Source: a virus
Lineage: Duplodnaviria; Heunggongvirae; Uroviricota; Caudoviricetes
DNA length: 64,000 nt
Virus record (IMG/VR): IMGVR_UViG_3300031576_000029
Span: 1 to 64,000 of that record
Direction: 5' to 3' (one strand)
Shown: positions 26,089 through 35,841 of the stretch, one piece after another
Position numbering within the stretch: position 1 is the stretch's first letter
How the letters are laid out: every line of letters begins with the position of its first letter
The notes under the pieces: generated by a model
What the model saw: the letters and a program-made list of their open reading frames with translations, nothing else
Databases searched by the model: none
What the model was told of the DNA's origin: nothing
Program-made: the position numbers and the translations under genes

Positions 26089-26480
26089 AGAAATTTAAGT
26101 TACCTAAGTTAGAATCATGGCTTCGTACTAAATTACGTAGAATTTCAATTCAATGGCCTGCTAAAAATGAAGCTCTAAAACGTGCTCGTGCAGAACGAGG
26201 TAAATATCAATGTGCCGAATGTAATAAATTATTTCCTCATAAAAAAGTTCACGTGGATCATCTAAAATCTGTTATTAATATTAAAACCGGTTTTACTGAT
26301 TGGAATGAATTTATTTCTAGATTATTTGTAGATATCGATGGCCTGCAAATTTTATGTTTAAGATGTCATGACAACAAAACTTTTCTAGAAGATGGAATGA
26401 GAATGTATTATAAAAACAAGAAGAAAAAGAGTAAACATGAAAGGCTTTCGCCAATACCTACAGTCCCTCTTAAAATCTGA
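26073..26480 (+). CDS. HNH endonuclease
   Basis: CAECN...HVDH...N...CLRCHDNK. Confidence 0.65.
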   Translation: MEKNVKKFKLPKLESWLRTKLRRISIQWPAKNEALKRARAERGKYQCAECNKLFPHKKVHVDHLKSVINIKTGFTDWNEFISRLFVDIDGLQILCLRCHDNKTFLEDGMRMYYKNKKKKSKHERLSPIPTVPLKI

Positions 26481-26646
26481 AGATGAAGAAAAGGTAAAAC
26501 TAGTTACTGTAATTCTGGAATTAGAAGATGCTATTCAAGATTCGTTGGATTGGATGCCAAATGAGGGAGAAAATCTAACTGTGAAAGAATTTCTTGCAGA
26601 TAAATTAAAAGAATGTTATAATATATTAGAAATAGACAATGAATAA
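26437..26646 (+). CDS. Hypothetical protein
   Basis: 69-aa ORF. Confidence 0.35.
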   Translation: MKGFRQYLQSLLKSEDEEKVKLVTVILELEDAIQDSLDWMPNEGENLTVKEFLADKLKECYNILEIDNE

Positions 26647-26971
26647 ATATCGTAAAAAACCCATAATAATTGAAGCGACTCAATGGTTTAAGAATGGAGA
26701 CCATCCAGAAGATGGAGATAACAGGTATAGGGGAGATGATGGAATGCTTCACCAGGGGGAGGGCAAAATAGTTAGATACTTTCGAAATCCAGGAATTGAT
26801 GGCACTAATGTCTGTGCGAAATGTCACACAATTGTACATTTACATGGTTGGATTGATACTTTAGAAGGAGGACATACAGTTTGTCCTGGAGATTTTATCA
26901 TTACTGGAATTAAGGGTGAATATTATCCTTGTAAGCCTGATATTTTTGTATCACTTTATGACAAAGTATAG
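26639..26971 (+). CDS. Hypothetical protein
   Basis: 110-aa ORF. Confidence 0.4.
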   Translation: MNKYRKKPIIIEATQWFKNGDHPEDGDNRYRGDDGMLHQGEGKIVRYFRNPGIDGTNVCAKCHTIVHLHGWIDTLEGGHTVCPGDFIITGIKGEYYPCKPDIFVSLYDKV

Positions 26972-26979
26972 GCATTTAT

Positions 26980-27249
26980 TTGCAAATTATTATGAAGGAG
27001 AATAAAATGAAATTAGACTTATTATGGGTGAAAGATCCAAGTACTGATAAGGCATCAGTATCTTTAACTAATTTTGTTATTTCAGTAACATTTTTATTAA
27101 TTGCCGGAATCTTACATATGACAGGTAAAGTGGAAAGCACAAGTCTTGCAGTAGAGTACTTTGGTATATCAGCAGCTTTATATTTTTCGCGTCGTTTGAA
27201 CATTGCTGGGAAATCATTTTCTTCTGATGATTCTAAGGAAGAAAAGTAG
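26980..27249 (+). CDS. Hypothetical membrane protein
   Basis: Chosen over the antisense ORF 26976..27203 because the flanking genes are co-directional. Confidence 0.35.
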   Translation: MQIIMKENKMKLDLLWVKDPSTDKASVSLTNFVISVTFLLIAGILHMTGKVESTSLAVEYFGISAALYFSRRLNIAGKSFSSDDSKEEK

Positions 27250-27450
27250 ATGAAACAATATAATCCTCATAAACATGGTGCTTATGATGTCAGGGTTGAT
27301 GATTGTGAAATTTGTGGTTGGGGTCAATTATACCAGCGATGTAGAGGTAAAAATTGTAAAAACTTTGCGTGCGATGGCTATTGTATGTTAGACGGTCCAC
27401 GTTGTTGTCAATGTTGGAAGCCAGAGGATAATAGAAAAGATATTACATGA
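27250..27450 (+). CDS. Cys-rich small protein
   Basis: 66 aa with 10 Cys. Confidence 0.4.
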   Translation: MKQYNPHKHGAYDVRVDDCEICGWGQLYQRCRGKNCKNFACDGYCMLDGPRCCQCWKPEDNRKDIT

Positions 27451-27749
27451 AATTTAAAGCAGAAGATTTTACTGGTCCTTTTAAAGACGGATCAACTGGA
27501 CTTTGTGGCTGGGTAAATGAAAGACATGCTTTTGGACATGCTTTTGAACCTCTATTTACGGCGGAAATGTGCGCACATAATGCTAATTTACTATTACAAA
27601 AATGGTTGGATTCTGCTCAAGAAGTCTATGGAAGAGAAGAAGGACCATTTTTTACATTCGAAGGGTTACCTGCTCCCTTTCATAAAGGAGTTGACAAACT
27701 TGTCACTCATAAAGCTAAACTAGTTTGTGTAGAAAAATTAAAGGGTTAA
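27447..27749 (+). CDS. Hypothetical protein
   Basis: ATGA overlap with the upstream gene. Confidence 0.4.
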   Translation: MKFKAEDFTGPFKDGSTGLCGWVNERHAFGHAFEPLFTAEMCAHNANLLLQKWLDSAQEVYGREEGPFFTFEGLPAPFHKGVDKLVTHKAKLVCVEKLKG

Positions 27750-28010
27750 ATGGAATATCTAGTTGGAATTATTATCGCATTACTAGGCGCTTTCTTTTAT
27801 GTGAACACTAAGCGTAAAAGTTCTGAAGCTCTTTTAGAAAACAATGAAGTAAATAAAAAGCTAAATGAACAAGATAAAGAAATCGCAAAAGATAGTGGAC
27901 TTCTTGAAGCTGAAGCTATTAAACGTAAACAACTTGAAGAAGAAATGAAGAAAAAGGGAACAAATGTTACTGCGGATGAATTAAATAGATTATTAAAAAA
28001 TGACCAATAA
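27750..28010 (+). CDS. Small protein with one N-terminal TM segment (holin-like)
   Basis: N-terminal hydrophobic helix followed by a charged tail. Confidence 0.35.
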   Translation: MEYLVGIIIALLGAFFYVNTKRKSSEALLENNEVNKKLNEQDKEIAKDSGLLEAEAIKRKQLEEEMKKKGTNVTADELNRLLKNDQ

Positions 28011-28173
28011 AAATTTATGAGGATCTTATGGCAACGAAATAGTTCCTATAAAACAAGATGAACCTGCTAAATTTGATGGGTTTCTTATTGATCAAGACCA
28101 TGCCAATCGAATTAAACAAATTGGTCAAGAACGTGATGGCTATAAACTCATTAATGAATCTTTAGGTAACAGT

Positions 28174-28365
28174 TTGAAATTACAAGAAAATATCATTAAA
28201 TCACATGAAAATAAAGTAAATCTGTTAGTAGAACAAAATGACAAACTTGCCAAGTCACTTTATTCGGAACGTACTATGACAACATGGGAACGAGTAGGAT
28301 GGTTCGTCTTAGGAATAACAGCAACTGGTATCGGAGCTTATGCCCTTAAAAATCTTGCCAAATAG
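28174..28365 (+). CDS. Small protein with C-terminal TM
   Basis: 63-aa ORF. Confidence 0.3.
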   Translation: MKLQENIIKSHENKVNLLVEQNDKLAKSLYSERTMTTWERVGWFVLGITATGIGAYALKNLAK

Positions 28366-29059
28366 CCTCACAGATCAACAGTTATTAAATGAGCTAGAGA
28401 AAGCCCCAGAAAAGCTACAAGAACTCTACATAAGCCAATTTAACGATGATGTGGTGGGTTTCTGTACCCATTTTGATATCCAATCAGGCACTTTTACTGT
28501 TCGACAGACCTTATTATATAAACTGTACAAACTTTGGTCATTTGAGCCTGTTTCTAGAGAAACATTTGGACGCAGAATAAATCAATATATTTTACCTCAC
28601 CAGAAAGGTAGATATTGGTATTATTTGTTAGATATCAATGCTTTAAAGATATCAATAGAAGCATACAAAATACTACAAAAGCAGATAAGAGATAAAACTA
28701 AGTCTCCACATTATAAAAGACATTTTGAGAATTTCATTAAACATTATGATATAAAATCAGGTACTTATTGGATTGAATCATTTATGCTTTACTATTTATA
28801 TGATAAATGGATATATAAAATACATAAACATAATCCAATGGGAGAATTTCAATTTTTTAATTTTTGTAAGATATATTTCGATTACAAAAGAAAAACTTCA
28901 AATAGAGTAATGTGGTTTAAAGTAAATAAAGCTATAAGCAATTACTTTACAAAGGAGGAATATGAAGAAATAAGAAAAGGTAGAGAAAAATATAATCATG
29001 ATTATCAAAGAGAAAAAGTTAAGAAAGAAACAACAAAAAATAATAAAAAAGAAGATTAA
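28340..29059 (+). CDS. Hypothetical protein
   Basis: 239-aa ORF. Confidence 0.45.
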   Translation: MPLKILPNSLTDQQLLNELEKAPEKLQELYISQFNDDVVGFCTHFDIQSGTFTVRQTLLYKLYKLWSFEPVSRETFGRRINQYILPHQKGRYWYYLLDINALKISIEAYKILQKQIRDKTKSPHYKRHFENFIKHYDIKSGTYWIESFMLYYLYDKWIYKIHKHNPMGEFQFFNFCKIYFDYKRKTSNRVMWFKVNKAISNYFTKEEYEEIRKGREKYNHDYQREKVKKETTKNNKKED

Positions 29060-29456
29060 TAGAAGAAACCAAGAGAAATATTCGGCCTTGAAACCCAGAT
29101 TTAATTTACGCACCAGATTTCATGAATTAGATTATGATTATGTAGATGAACTTTCTAAGAAAGATAAAGCATGGCTTAATACATTTACAGAAGCTTATAT
29201 ACATGCTAGTATTACAAAGAAGGGTAAGAAATTATTTAGGACAAAAGAATCTAGAAAAGAAATTTATGATAGGAATAATGCAAGAAATAGATGTATATTG
29301 TCTAGAGCAAAGGCTTGTGGCAAAGCTATTCCATTAGAAGAAATTGGATATGATATTATTGATAAAAATAATGAAGATGAAATGATTGAAAAGTTGGATA
29401 AGAAACTAGAAAAGATTAAAGAACTTAGCAAGTCCTCCAGCAACACTAAGAAATAG
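28998..29456 (+). CDS. Lys-rich hypothetical protein
   Basis: 152 aa. Overlaps the neighbouring ORFs. Confidence 0.3.
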   Translation: MIIKEKKLRKKQQKIIKKKINRRNQEKYSALKPRFNLRTRFHELDYDYVDELSKKDKAWLNTFTEAYIHASITKKGKKLFRTKESRKEIYDRNNARNRCILSRAKACGKAIPLEEIGYDIIDKNNEDEMIEKLDKKLEKIKELSKSSSNTKK

Positions 29457-29681
29457 AGCTATGATACCAAAGAATTTTATAATTCCTTCTACCATTGCTG
29501 TATGTTTTTTCATTGGTTCGATTTCTGTTTCTATTTTTTCTGTTTGTTTCTGTAGTAAATCTGTGCGTTGAATGTGATATTTTATAGATTCTTCTTGCCT
29601 AACTAGAGTTTTATCAATATTGTCGATTTTATTATCAAGTTTATCGAACTTGTCTAATATTAAATTTTTAAACTCTTCCAT
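29406..29681 (-). CDS. Small protein with C-terminal TM; last gene of the late block
   Basis: 91 aa with a hydrophobic C-terminus. Confidence 0.4.
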   Translation of the reverse strand: MEEFKNLILDKFDKLDNKIDNIDKTLVRQEESIKYHIQRTDLLQKQTEKIETEIEPMKKHTAMVEGIIKFFGIIALFLSVAGGLAKFFNLF

Positions 29682-31663
29682 TATCGTTCTTCTATTTTAC
29701 GTGCTTCTATTTCTTCTTCACCACGTAGTTCAGGGAGATCTTCTGCTGAAATTAAAAGTCTTGCTTTAGGATTTTGCATTATAGTAAATAAAGCAGCATT
29801 TTTAGCTGCAGCATTCTTTTCACTTAATCCTTTCATTAAAGAAGCTCCTAGTTTTTGTGTTCCTGGCATTTTCATTAATACATTCGCAATTGTTCCCAAG
29901 GTATTTTCAGATGCTTGGTATAGTTTCTTAGCCATAGGAGCTAATTTTTTTTCTACAACACCTATAGTTTGCGCTGCTCCATAAGCTCTACCTAATGCAA
30001 ATGGAGAAAATCCGGTAACTGTACGTTCTAATATTTCAGATGGACTAAGCGATCTCAGTCCAATTGTCCTAGGTTGATAACCAAGAATATGTCTTTGTAT
30101 AGAAAATTTATCAGAAATATCTTCAATATCCTTTTTTAATGTTTCAGGATCTAATTTAAACTTTTTAAGAATTGTTTCAGGAGCATTTTCTTTAAAACCC
30201 AGTTCTTTTAATTTTCCAATAATTTCAGGATCTTTTTTGAATGCTTCTAGATTTTTTAAAAGATTTGCAAATGTAGCAGCTTCATCTCTTTTTTCTGCAC
30301 CAGGACTACGTAATCTATCTAAAATACCTTCTATATTATCATATAGATTCTTTTCTGCTTTTCTTAAATCACCATACCAAACATCAACAAGCTCAGGATC
30401 TCTTCCTCGTGCTATAATTGTTTCACTGCCAGATCTACGTAGTTTATTAAATACTTTAGAAAGAACTCCTAATGGAGGTAAATCTTTTTCTAGATTGTCT
30501 TTTATTCCACGTTGAAACTTATTAGCTATATTAATTATTTGAGAACTTTTACCATCTTGAGCAATAGTTAAAACTATTTGTCTTAGATCAAATAATGCTC
30601 TTGGAGATAATTTGGCTGTAGGTAATTTATATAATTCTTGAATTAAATTAGTTGCATCTTGTCTGCCTCTAAGAATAGGATTATCTTGTATAGCTTTTCC
30701 TAATTCTTTAGCTGTGTTTATAACCTCATTACTTATATCAATTTTCACACCTTTCGCGGTTGAATTATCGAGTACGTCACCAATCATTTTTCCAAATGTG
30801 TCTTCTGCATCAGTAAAACGTTTAGTCATATTAGTGACAGTTTCTGTACGTTTAAGTCCCATTTCTCTTATTGCTTCAGGAGCTTCAGAAATAACTTCTC
30901 CACCTCTAGCCATTTGTTTAGCTGTTAAAAATTGTTTTAATTTAGGAGATTCTTCTATATAATTCTTTAACTTTTGTTTAATTCCTGGAGTAACTTTCAT
31001 AGCAGTACCAGCTATTACTCCACCAAATACTCCACCAGTTGCAGCTCCACCTATAACATCAGCAGCAAATCTTTCTCTTTGTGCCTCTTCTGCACCTAAT
31101 AATTCAGCTTTTGACACACCAGCAGCTTGAACGGCTCCTAATTGTGCACCTGTGAGAGCAGCTTTTCCTGCTTCTCTTAGTAATGCTCTTCGTCCTAATG
31201 CAGCTGCTCCTCTAGCGCCTGTTACAGTTAATCCTGCGCCAGCTGTTGTTAAGGCAGGAAGAACAGTACCTGCAATTTCTCCAGCCCCAAAAGCATAAGG
31301 ACTTCTTTCTCTCGCTTCTTCTAAAGCTTTTTCTGCAGCTCTTTGTTTTTCTCTGTAAGTTTCTAACCAAGCTCTACCTTTTTCACCTCTTAAGAAACTT
31401 TCTATCTTTTCACCAGTCGCACCAGCTGCACCAGCAATTTCTCCTGCAAATCCTAAAGTGGCACCTTCTGCTAATCCTTTAGCTATATCTTCAGTAGTTT
31501 CTAAAGTAGAAGTACCTATTTCTTCTACAGGAACACCTAGTTTTTCTTTTAGAACTTCAGGAACTGTTATAGGTACAGGAGGAATTTGTTCTGCTGCACC
31601 AAATTGATCACGTCTTTTACGAAGGTCTTCGAGACGTCTTTTTTGTTCAGGAGTCAAAGGCAT
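29681..31663 (-). CDS. Ala/Gly-rich virion protein (internal/ejection or tape-measure-like)
   Basis: 660 aa of low-complexity A/G/E/K-rich sequence. Confidence 0.35.
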   Translation of the reverse strand: MPLTPEQKRRLEDLRKRRDQFGAAEQIPPVPITVPEVLKEKLGVPVEEIGTSTLETTEDIAKGLAEGATLGFAGEIAGAAGATGEKIESFLRGEKGRAWLETYREKQRAAEKALEEARERSPYAFGAGEIAGTVLPALTTAGAGLTVTGARGAAALGRRALLREAGKAALTGAQLGAVQAAGVSKAELLGAEEAQRERFAADVIGGAATGGVFGGVIAGTAMKVTPGIKQKLKNYIEESPKLKQFLTAKQMARGGEVISEAPEAIREMGLKRTETVTNMTKRFTDAEDTFGKMIGDVLDNSTAKGVKIDISNEVINTAKELGKAIQDNPILRGRQDATNLIQELYKLPTAKLSPRALFDLRQIVLTIAQDGKSSQIINIANKFQRGIKDNLEKDLPPLGVLSKVFNKLRRSGSETIIARGRDPELVDVWYGDLRKAEKNLYDNIEGILDRLRSPGAEKRDEAATFANLLKNLEAFKKDPEIIGKLKELGFKENAPETILKKFKLDPETLKKDIEDISDKFSIQRHILGYQPRTIGLRSLSPSEILERTVTGFSPFALGRAYGAAQTIGVVEKKLAPMAKKLYQASENTLGTIANVLMKMPGTQKLGASLMKGLSEKNAAAKNAALFTIMQNPKARLLISAEDLPELRGEEEIEARKIEER

Positions 31664-31664
31664 A

Positions 31665-32945
31665 TTATTTAGTTTTTTCTAAAGCTTCAAGAGCTTCTAA
31701 TTCTTTTTGTTCTTGTCTACTTAAAGGACCTGAAGTCAAAGCACCAACTTCAGTCCATCTTTCTTCCCAGTTATCTTTAAATCTACGTTTAGCTTGATTT
31801 TGAAAAGGTTGAGCAAGTAAATTGTATTCTGATTCTCCAACTTCAGTTAATTGTTTAATAGTATTTTTAATATCTCTTACTGTTTTATCATCTAATAAAC
31901 GAGGATTAGAACTTACCTTTGATAATTTAAGCATAATTGTATCCCAGAATCCTATTGCTCTTTGTGCCAATGCTATTTCACCTTCTCTTACTACGGAACC
32001 AGGATCTAAGGCACGGATTAAATTATATAAATGTGTAATATCATTAACAGCAGTTGGTGATTTAGGATAAATTTTTTCTGCAAAATTTCTTGCTCCGCGA
32101 ACCTTAGATAATTCAGTTGCTTGTTTAGATTTTGCTAAAAGTGCTGAAGTTTTCGCAATCCATTTATCATCATCTTTTTCTTTATCTAATTCAGCTTCCC
32201 TTTTATTTGCCGCTTGTTTTGCTAAAGCAGCTTCAACTTTTAATTCTTTTGTTGCACGCAATCTTTCTTTTTGTAATTCTTGTCTAGCTTTACGTTCTTC
32301 TTCAGCCTCAAAATGTCTTACAGCAAATGGCATTAATTTTTCTGCATCAGAGGCACTTATACTTTTATCGAATTGTACACCAAATTTATTTAAGAAAATT
32401 CTAAAATTTTTAGATGTTTGACTTGTTGGGTCAAATTTTTCCATTTGAATTCGTTCTTTTAAATTTTGTACAATTTGATCTGCTTCTTGAGCTTGTTTTT
32501 CAAATAACTCTTGTGCAACAGGTTTAGTTCCAGCTATAGCAGTACCAATTAATTCACTAGCTTGGCCTAATCTGGCAGTTAATCTAGCTAATGAACTAGC
32601 TTTTTGTGCTTCTCTTAATTGATCTAATATACTAGGTCCTTCTTCAATGGGAATTTCTTCTGAAGAAGGAGGTATTTCAGTAGGTAATTTTGGAGAAGGC
32701 GGAACAGCCGAAGGTTGTCTCGTAAGAGTAGATGCTGCTTTTTCATCCTCTTCAGTCTTTAATATATCCATCATTTCCTGAAACTTTTGGAAATCACTTT
32801 CTCTCTTAGGTTGAGTCATTCTTGGTAAACCTTCGACTATACCTCTTTCCATAATATCTCTAAGACCTTGACGACTAGGAATAATTTGTTCTTCTGGAGA
32901 ATATTGTCTTTTTTCTAAAAATTTATCAAGAAAACTTCTTGGCAT
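31665..32945 (-). CDS. Glu/Ala/Lys-rich virion protein
   Basis: 426 aa, with coiled-coil-like composition. Confidence 0.35.
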   Translation of the reverse strand: MPRSFLDKFLEKRQYSPEEQIIPSRQGLRDIMERGIVEGLPRMTQPKRESDFQKFQEMMDILKTEEDEKAASTLTRQPSAVPPSPKLPTEIPPSSEEIPIEEGPSILDQLREAQKASSLARLTARLGQASELIGTAIAGTKPVAQELFEKQAQEADQIVQNLKERIQMEKFDPTSQTSKNFRIFLNKFGVQFDKSISASDAEKLMPFAVRHFEAEEERKARQELQKERLRATKELKVEAALAKQAANKREAELDKEKDDDKWIAKTSALLAKSKQATELSKVRGARNFAEKIYPKSPTAVNDITHLYNLIRALDPGSVVREGEIALAQRAIGFWDTIMLKLSKVSSNPRLLDDKTVRDIKNTIKQLTEVGESEYNLLAQPFQNQAKRRFKDNWEERWTEVGALTSGPLSRQEQKELEALEALEKTK

Positions 32946-32948
32946 GTT

Positions 32949-33977
32949 TTATTCCAATTCAGGTTCTTGTGGATATGCGGTAGATAAATATTTCTTAAAC
33001 CTTTGTTGTTTGCCTAACTCGCTAGCTAAAGCACCAGCTCCTGCGCCCACACCACCACCTATTCCAGACCACATTTGAGCAGTTTGACCAGCTTTTCCTC
33101 CGTAAAATTCAGCTTGTTTACCTCGTGTGCCAGCTCTTAATTGTGCTTTTCCTAATTGTAATCCATATACTTCAGCTTCTGCGGCTCTTTGTCTTTCTTT
33201 TTCAGCTCTTCGCGCCGCAATATTGGCTTCTTGGATTCTCTGAGCTTCTCTTAAATTAGCAAGTTGTGCTTCATTTAAACGTCCGACATTTCTTAGTTGT
33301 CTACCGATAGCTTGTTCAACATTAAAGCGTTCAATAGCTTCTTCAGCTCCTTTTCGTACACGTTCTCTTTCAAATTCTTCTCCAGCTATTCTACCAGCCA
33401 TTGCACCACCACGTGTCATTGATTCTAAAGCACGTTCAGATGCAAGACCAGCTTCTCTTTCTAATGCTTGTGATTCTGCTTCTGTTCCTGCTTGTGCTGC
33501 TTGTAATTGTAAAGCTAATTCTTGTCCACCACCAGCTATACCTCTAGCTTGCATGGATTGGACAATTTGCTGTCTTTTAGCTTCTAAATCTTTTTGTGCT
33601 TCATTTCTTACTTGACGAATTTGAGCACGTTCCATTGGAGTAAGACCAACACGTCCTCTTTCTCTAAGGAGTTCTAATGATTCTCTCTGTGCTCGGCGTA
33701 ATTCTGGATCTTCAGGAATTTGTGCTATTTTTGAAATTCCTAAATTGATTTCTTTTTCAACTTCAGGAGTATATAATCCTGCTTGTGTAATATTTTCAAC
33801 TAATATTTCTCTAGCTAAATCAGGAGGAGCACCAATGGCTTCAATCTCAGCCAGGGCTTTTTTCATTGCTTCTTCAGCAAGTTCTCGATCACCAGCAGAA
33901 GCCATTGAACCAATCACACCACCAGCTATTGGAGCAATTACAGCCGCACCTAATGCTATACTAGTTAACGCTGCCAT
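32949..33977 (-). CDS. Ala/Gly/Arg-rich virion protein
   Basis: 342 aa. Confidence 0.35.
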   Translation of the reverse strand: MAALTSIALGAAVIAPIAGGVIGSMASAGDRELAEEAMKKALAEIEAIGAPPDLAREILVENITQAGLYTPEVEKEINLGISKIAQIPEDPELRRAQRESLELLRERGRVGLTPMERAQIRQVRNEAQKDLEAKRQQIVQSMQARGIAGGGQELALQLQAAQAGTEAESQALEREAGLASERALESMTRGGAMAGRIAGEEFERERVRKGAEEAIERFNVEQAIGRQLRNVGRLNEAQLANLREAQRIQEANIAARRAEKERQRAAEAEVYGLQLGKAQLRAGTRGKQAEFYGGKAGQTAQMWSGIGGGVGAGAGALASELGKQQRFKKYLSTAYPQEPELE

Positions 33978-33978
33978 A

Positions 33979-34353
33979 TTATAATACCTTTATAAAGTTA
34001 GTCATATTTGTATCAGTTTGTAAAAACCCATGTTTATTATAACGTTCAATAAGTTTTGGATGCTGTATTGAAGAAAATACTCTAGTATAACCCATTTCTT
34101 GTGCTGTAGATAATAAAACATTAATTAATTCATCTAAACAACCGGAACGTTTTTCTTTATCACTATTTGGATTTGCTATAATAAATTCAAGTAATGCAAC
34201 TTTACTATCAGTTTGATATAAAAATCCGGCACAATATCCATCTATAATAAAACCTATTTTTGGTAACATATCATAGGCAGGAGGTGTCCAATTATGCATT
34301 TTCCACCATTCAATTAATTTAGGATAATCATCTTTTGTAAATAATGTAATCAT
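33979..34353 (-). CDS. Hypothetical protein, possibly GNAT-like
   Basis: 124 aa. Weak resemblance only. Confidence 0.25.
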   Translation of the reverse strand: MITLFTKDDYPKLIEWWKMHNWTPPAYDMLPKIGFIIDGYCAGFLYQTDSKVALLEFIIANPNSDKEKRSGCLDELINVLLSTAQEMGYTRVFSSIQHPKLIERYNKHGFLQTDTNMTNFIKVL

Positions 34354-35399
34354 TATATTGTTCTAATACCAGAATATTCTTCTTTAATTTTAGGTGTTAA
34401 ATATGTTGGTTTCTCTTTCATTACAATTGGAGTAACATTTCGAATAATATCTTCTATTCTTTGTTGTTCAATTTCTTCCGGTCTATATGTTCCAAATTCT
34501 TCCGGTTTAAAACCGGTCAATTCTTGTCCAGACAATCTTGCAAGAGCTAACATTTGTGCATATTCCGGGGCTGTTGCTACAGAACTAAAAGTTGGAGCAG
34601 TTAAATATTTCTCAGCATATTTCTCAGGTGAAACACCAACTTCTTGAAATCTTTTTTTAAGATATTCTAAAGCATTTCTATAATTTGTTGCTGCTATGTC
34701 ATATCTTTTTTCTAGCGGAGTTCTAATTTCTCCAATTCTTCTAGTTAATTCTTTTGCTTTTTCAGCTCCAAAAGTTTCAGCTTGTCTCCTTAATTCTGCC
34801 GCTTGACTTCTTGCAAGTTCTTCCTGTGGTCTTATTAATTCTCTTCCTAATCCTGTTGCTTTCCTCCTAAGTTCCCCAGTACCAGCACCTCCACCAAATA
34901 ATAAAACATCTAATTCTTGTTTACCTCTTGCATATCTCGGACCACCGACTGCCCTTCTTAATAAACCAAATTTACCTAATCGACCAGCTTCAACTCCTAA
35001 TTCTTCTAGTTCGCCAACTCTTCCTTTTATAGCTTCTAATCCAGGAAGTTCTTGCAATCCTCTATAAGTATATTCTGGCGCTTTTTCAAATTTTCCCGCT
35101 TCTTCTGCTGTTAAACCACTTTCAATCTGTTTTAACCTTTCCCCAAATGTTTTTCTTTTTGCTTCAAGTTCCGTTTGCTCGGGTTTTAATTTTTCTTGGA
35201 ATTGTCTTTGAGATTCTTGAACTCCAGAACGTACTACAGCTGCTTCTCTAGCTATATCTCCTCCAACAGCTTCACCTAATCGACCACCAGCGCCAATATT
35301 AGCTTGTATAATTCGTTGTAAAGGTGTAAAAGCAGTAGCACGTCTTCGTGGTAAAGGGACAGTAGGAGTAACAATTTTTTGTGGTAGTCCATTAGGCAT
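34353..35399 (-). CDS. Arg/Glu-rich virion protein
   Basis: 348 aa. Confidence 0.35.
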   Translation of the reverse strand: MPNGLPQKIVTPTVPLPRRRATAFTPLQRIIQANIGAGGRLGEAVGGDIAREAAVVRSGVQESQRQFQEKLKPEQTELEAKRKTFGERLKQIESGLTAEEAGKFEKAPEYTYRGLQELPGLEAIKGRVGELEELGVEAGRLGKFGLLRRAVGGPRYARGKQELDVLLFGGGAGTGELRRKATGLGRELIRPQEELARSQAAELRRQAETFGAEKAKELTRRIGEIRTPLEKRYDIAATNYRNALEYLKKRFQEVGVSPEKYAEKYLTAPTFSSVATAPEYAQMLALARLSGQELTGFKPEEFGTYRPEEIEQQRIEDIIRNVTPIVMKEKPTYLTPKIKEEYSGIRTI

Positions 35400-35418
35400 A
35401 TAAATACTCTATTCTATT

Positions 35419-35429
35419 ATAGTTGTTAA
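35419..35429 (-). promoter_or_regulatory. Late motif TTAACAACTAT (given in minus-strand orientation), copy 1
   Basis: Lies 20 nt upstream of the ATG of gene 34353..35399. Confidence 0.35.
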
Positions 35430-35431
35430 TC

Positions 35432-35839
35432 TTATCCAAAAACAATAATCCTCAAAGTATATGAGTTATCTGTTTGTAACCCTGTAATATGATTAATTTT
35501 TATAGCACTTCCTGTTTTTGTAAAACTTATAAAAATGCCAGAAGAAGGAAAAGTTGATGCCAGTGTATTATTTGTAGCAGAAATAACCACTAAGCCTTCC
35601 ACTGTAGAAACAGTTACGTTAAAACTTATATCTGAAATTGGAACTCCAGATGAATTAACTGTGATTGTAACATCTTTCACATCACATTGAATATTATCTC
35701 GAAGAGATATTTGCTTATTAAGTGAAGTGTATAATAACTCTATGCCAATATTTATACTGGAAGCTAAAGTATCAACTAATTGTTGAAATTCTTCTGAATA
35801 ATCAGTTTTTAAAATTCTTCTAAAAGATGGGAGTTTCAT
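35432..35839 (-). CDS. Hypothetical virion protein
   Basis: 135 aa. Confidence 0.4.
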   Translation of the reverse strand: MKLPSFRRILKTDYSEEFQQLVDTLASSINIGIELLYTSLNKQISLRDNIQCDVKDVTITVNSSGVPISDISFNVTVSTVEGLVVISATNNTLASTFPSSGIFISFTKTGSAIKINHITGLQTDNSYTLRIIVFG

Positions 35840-35841
35840 AT

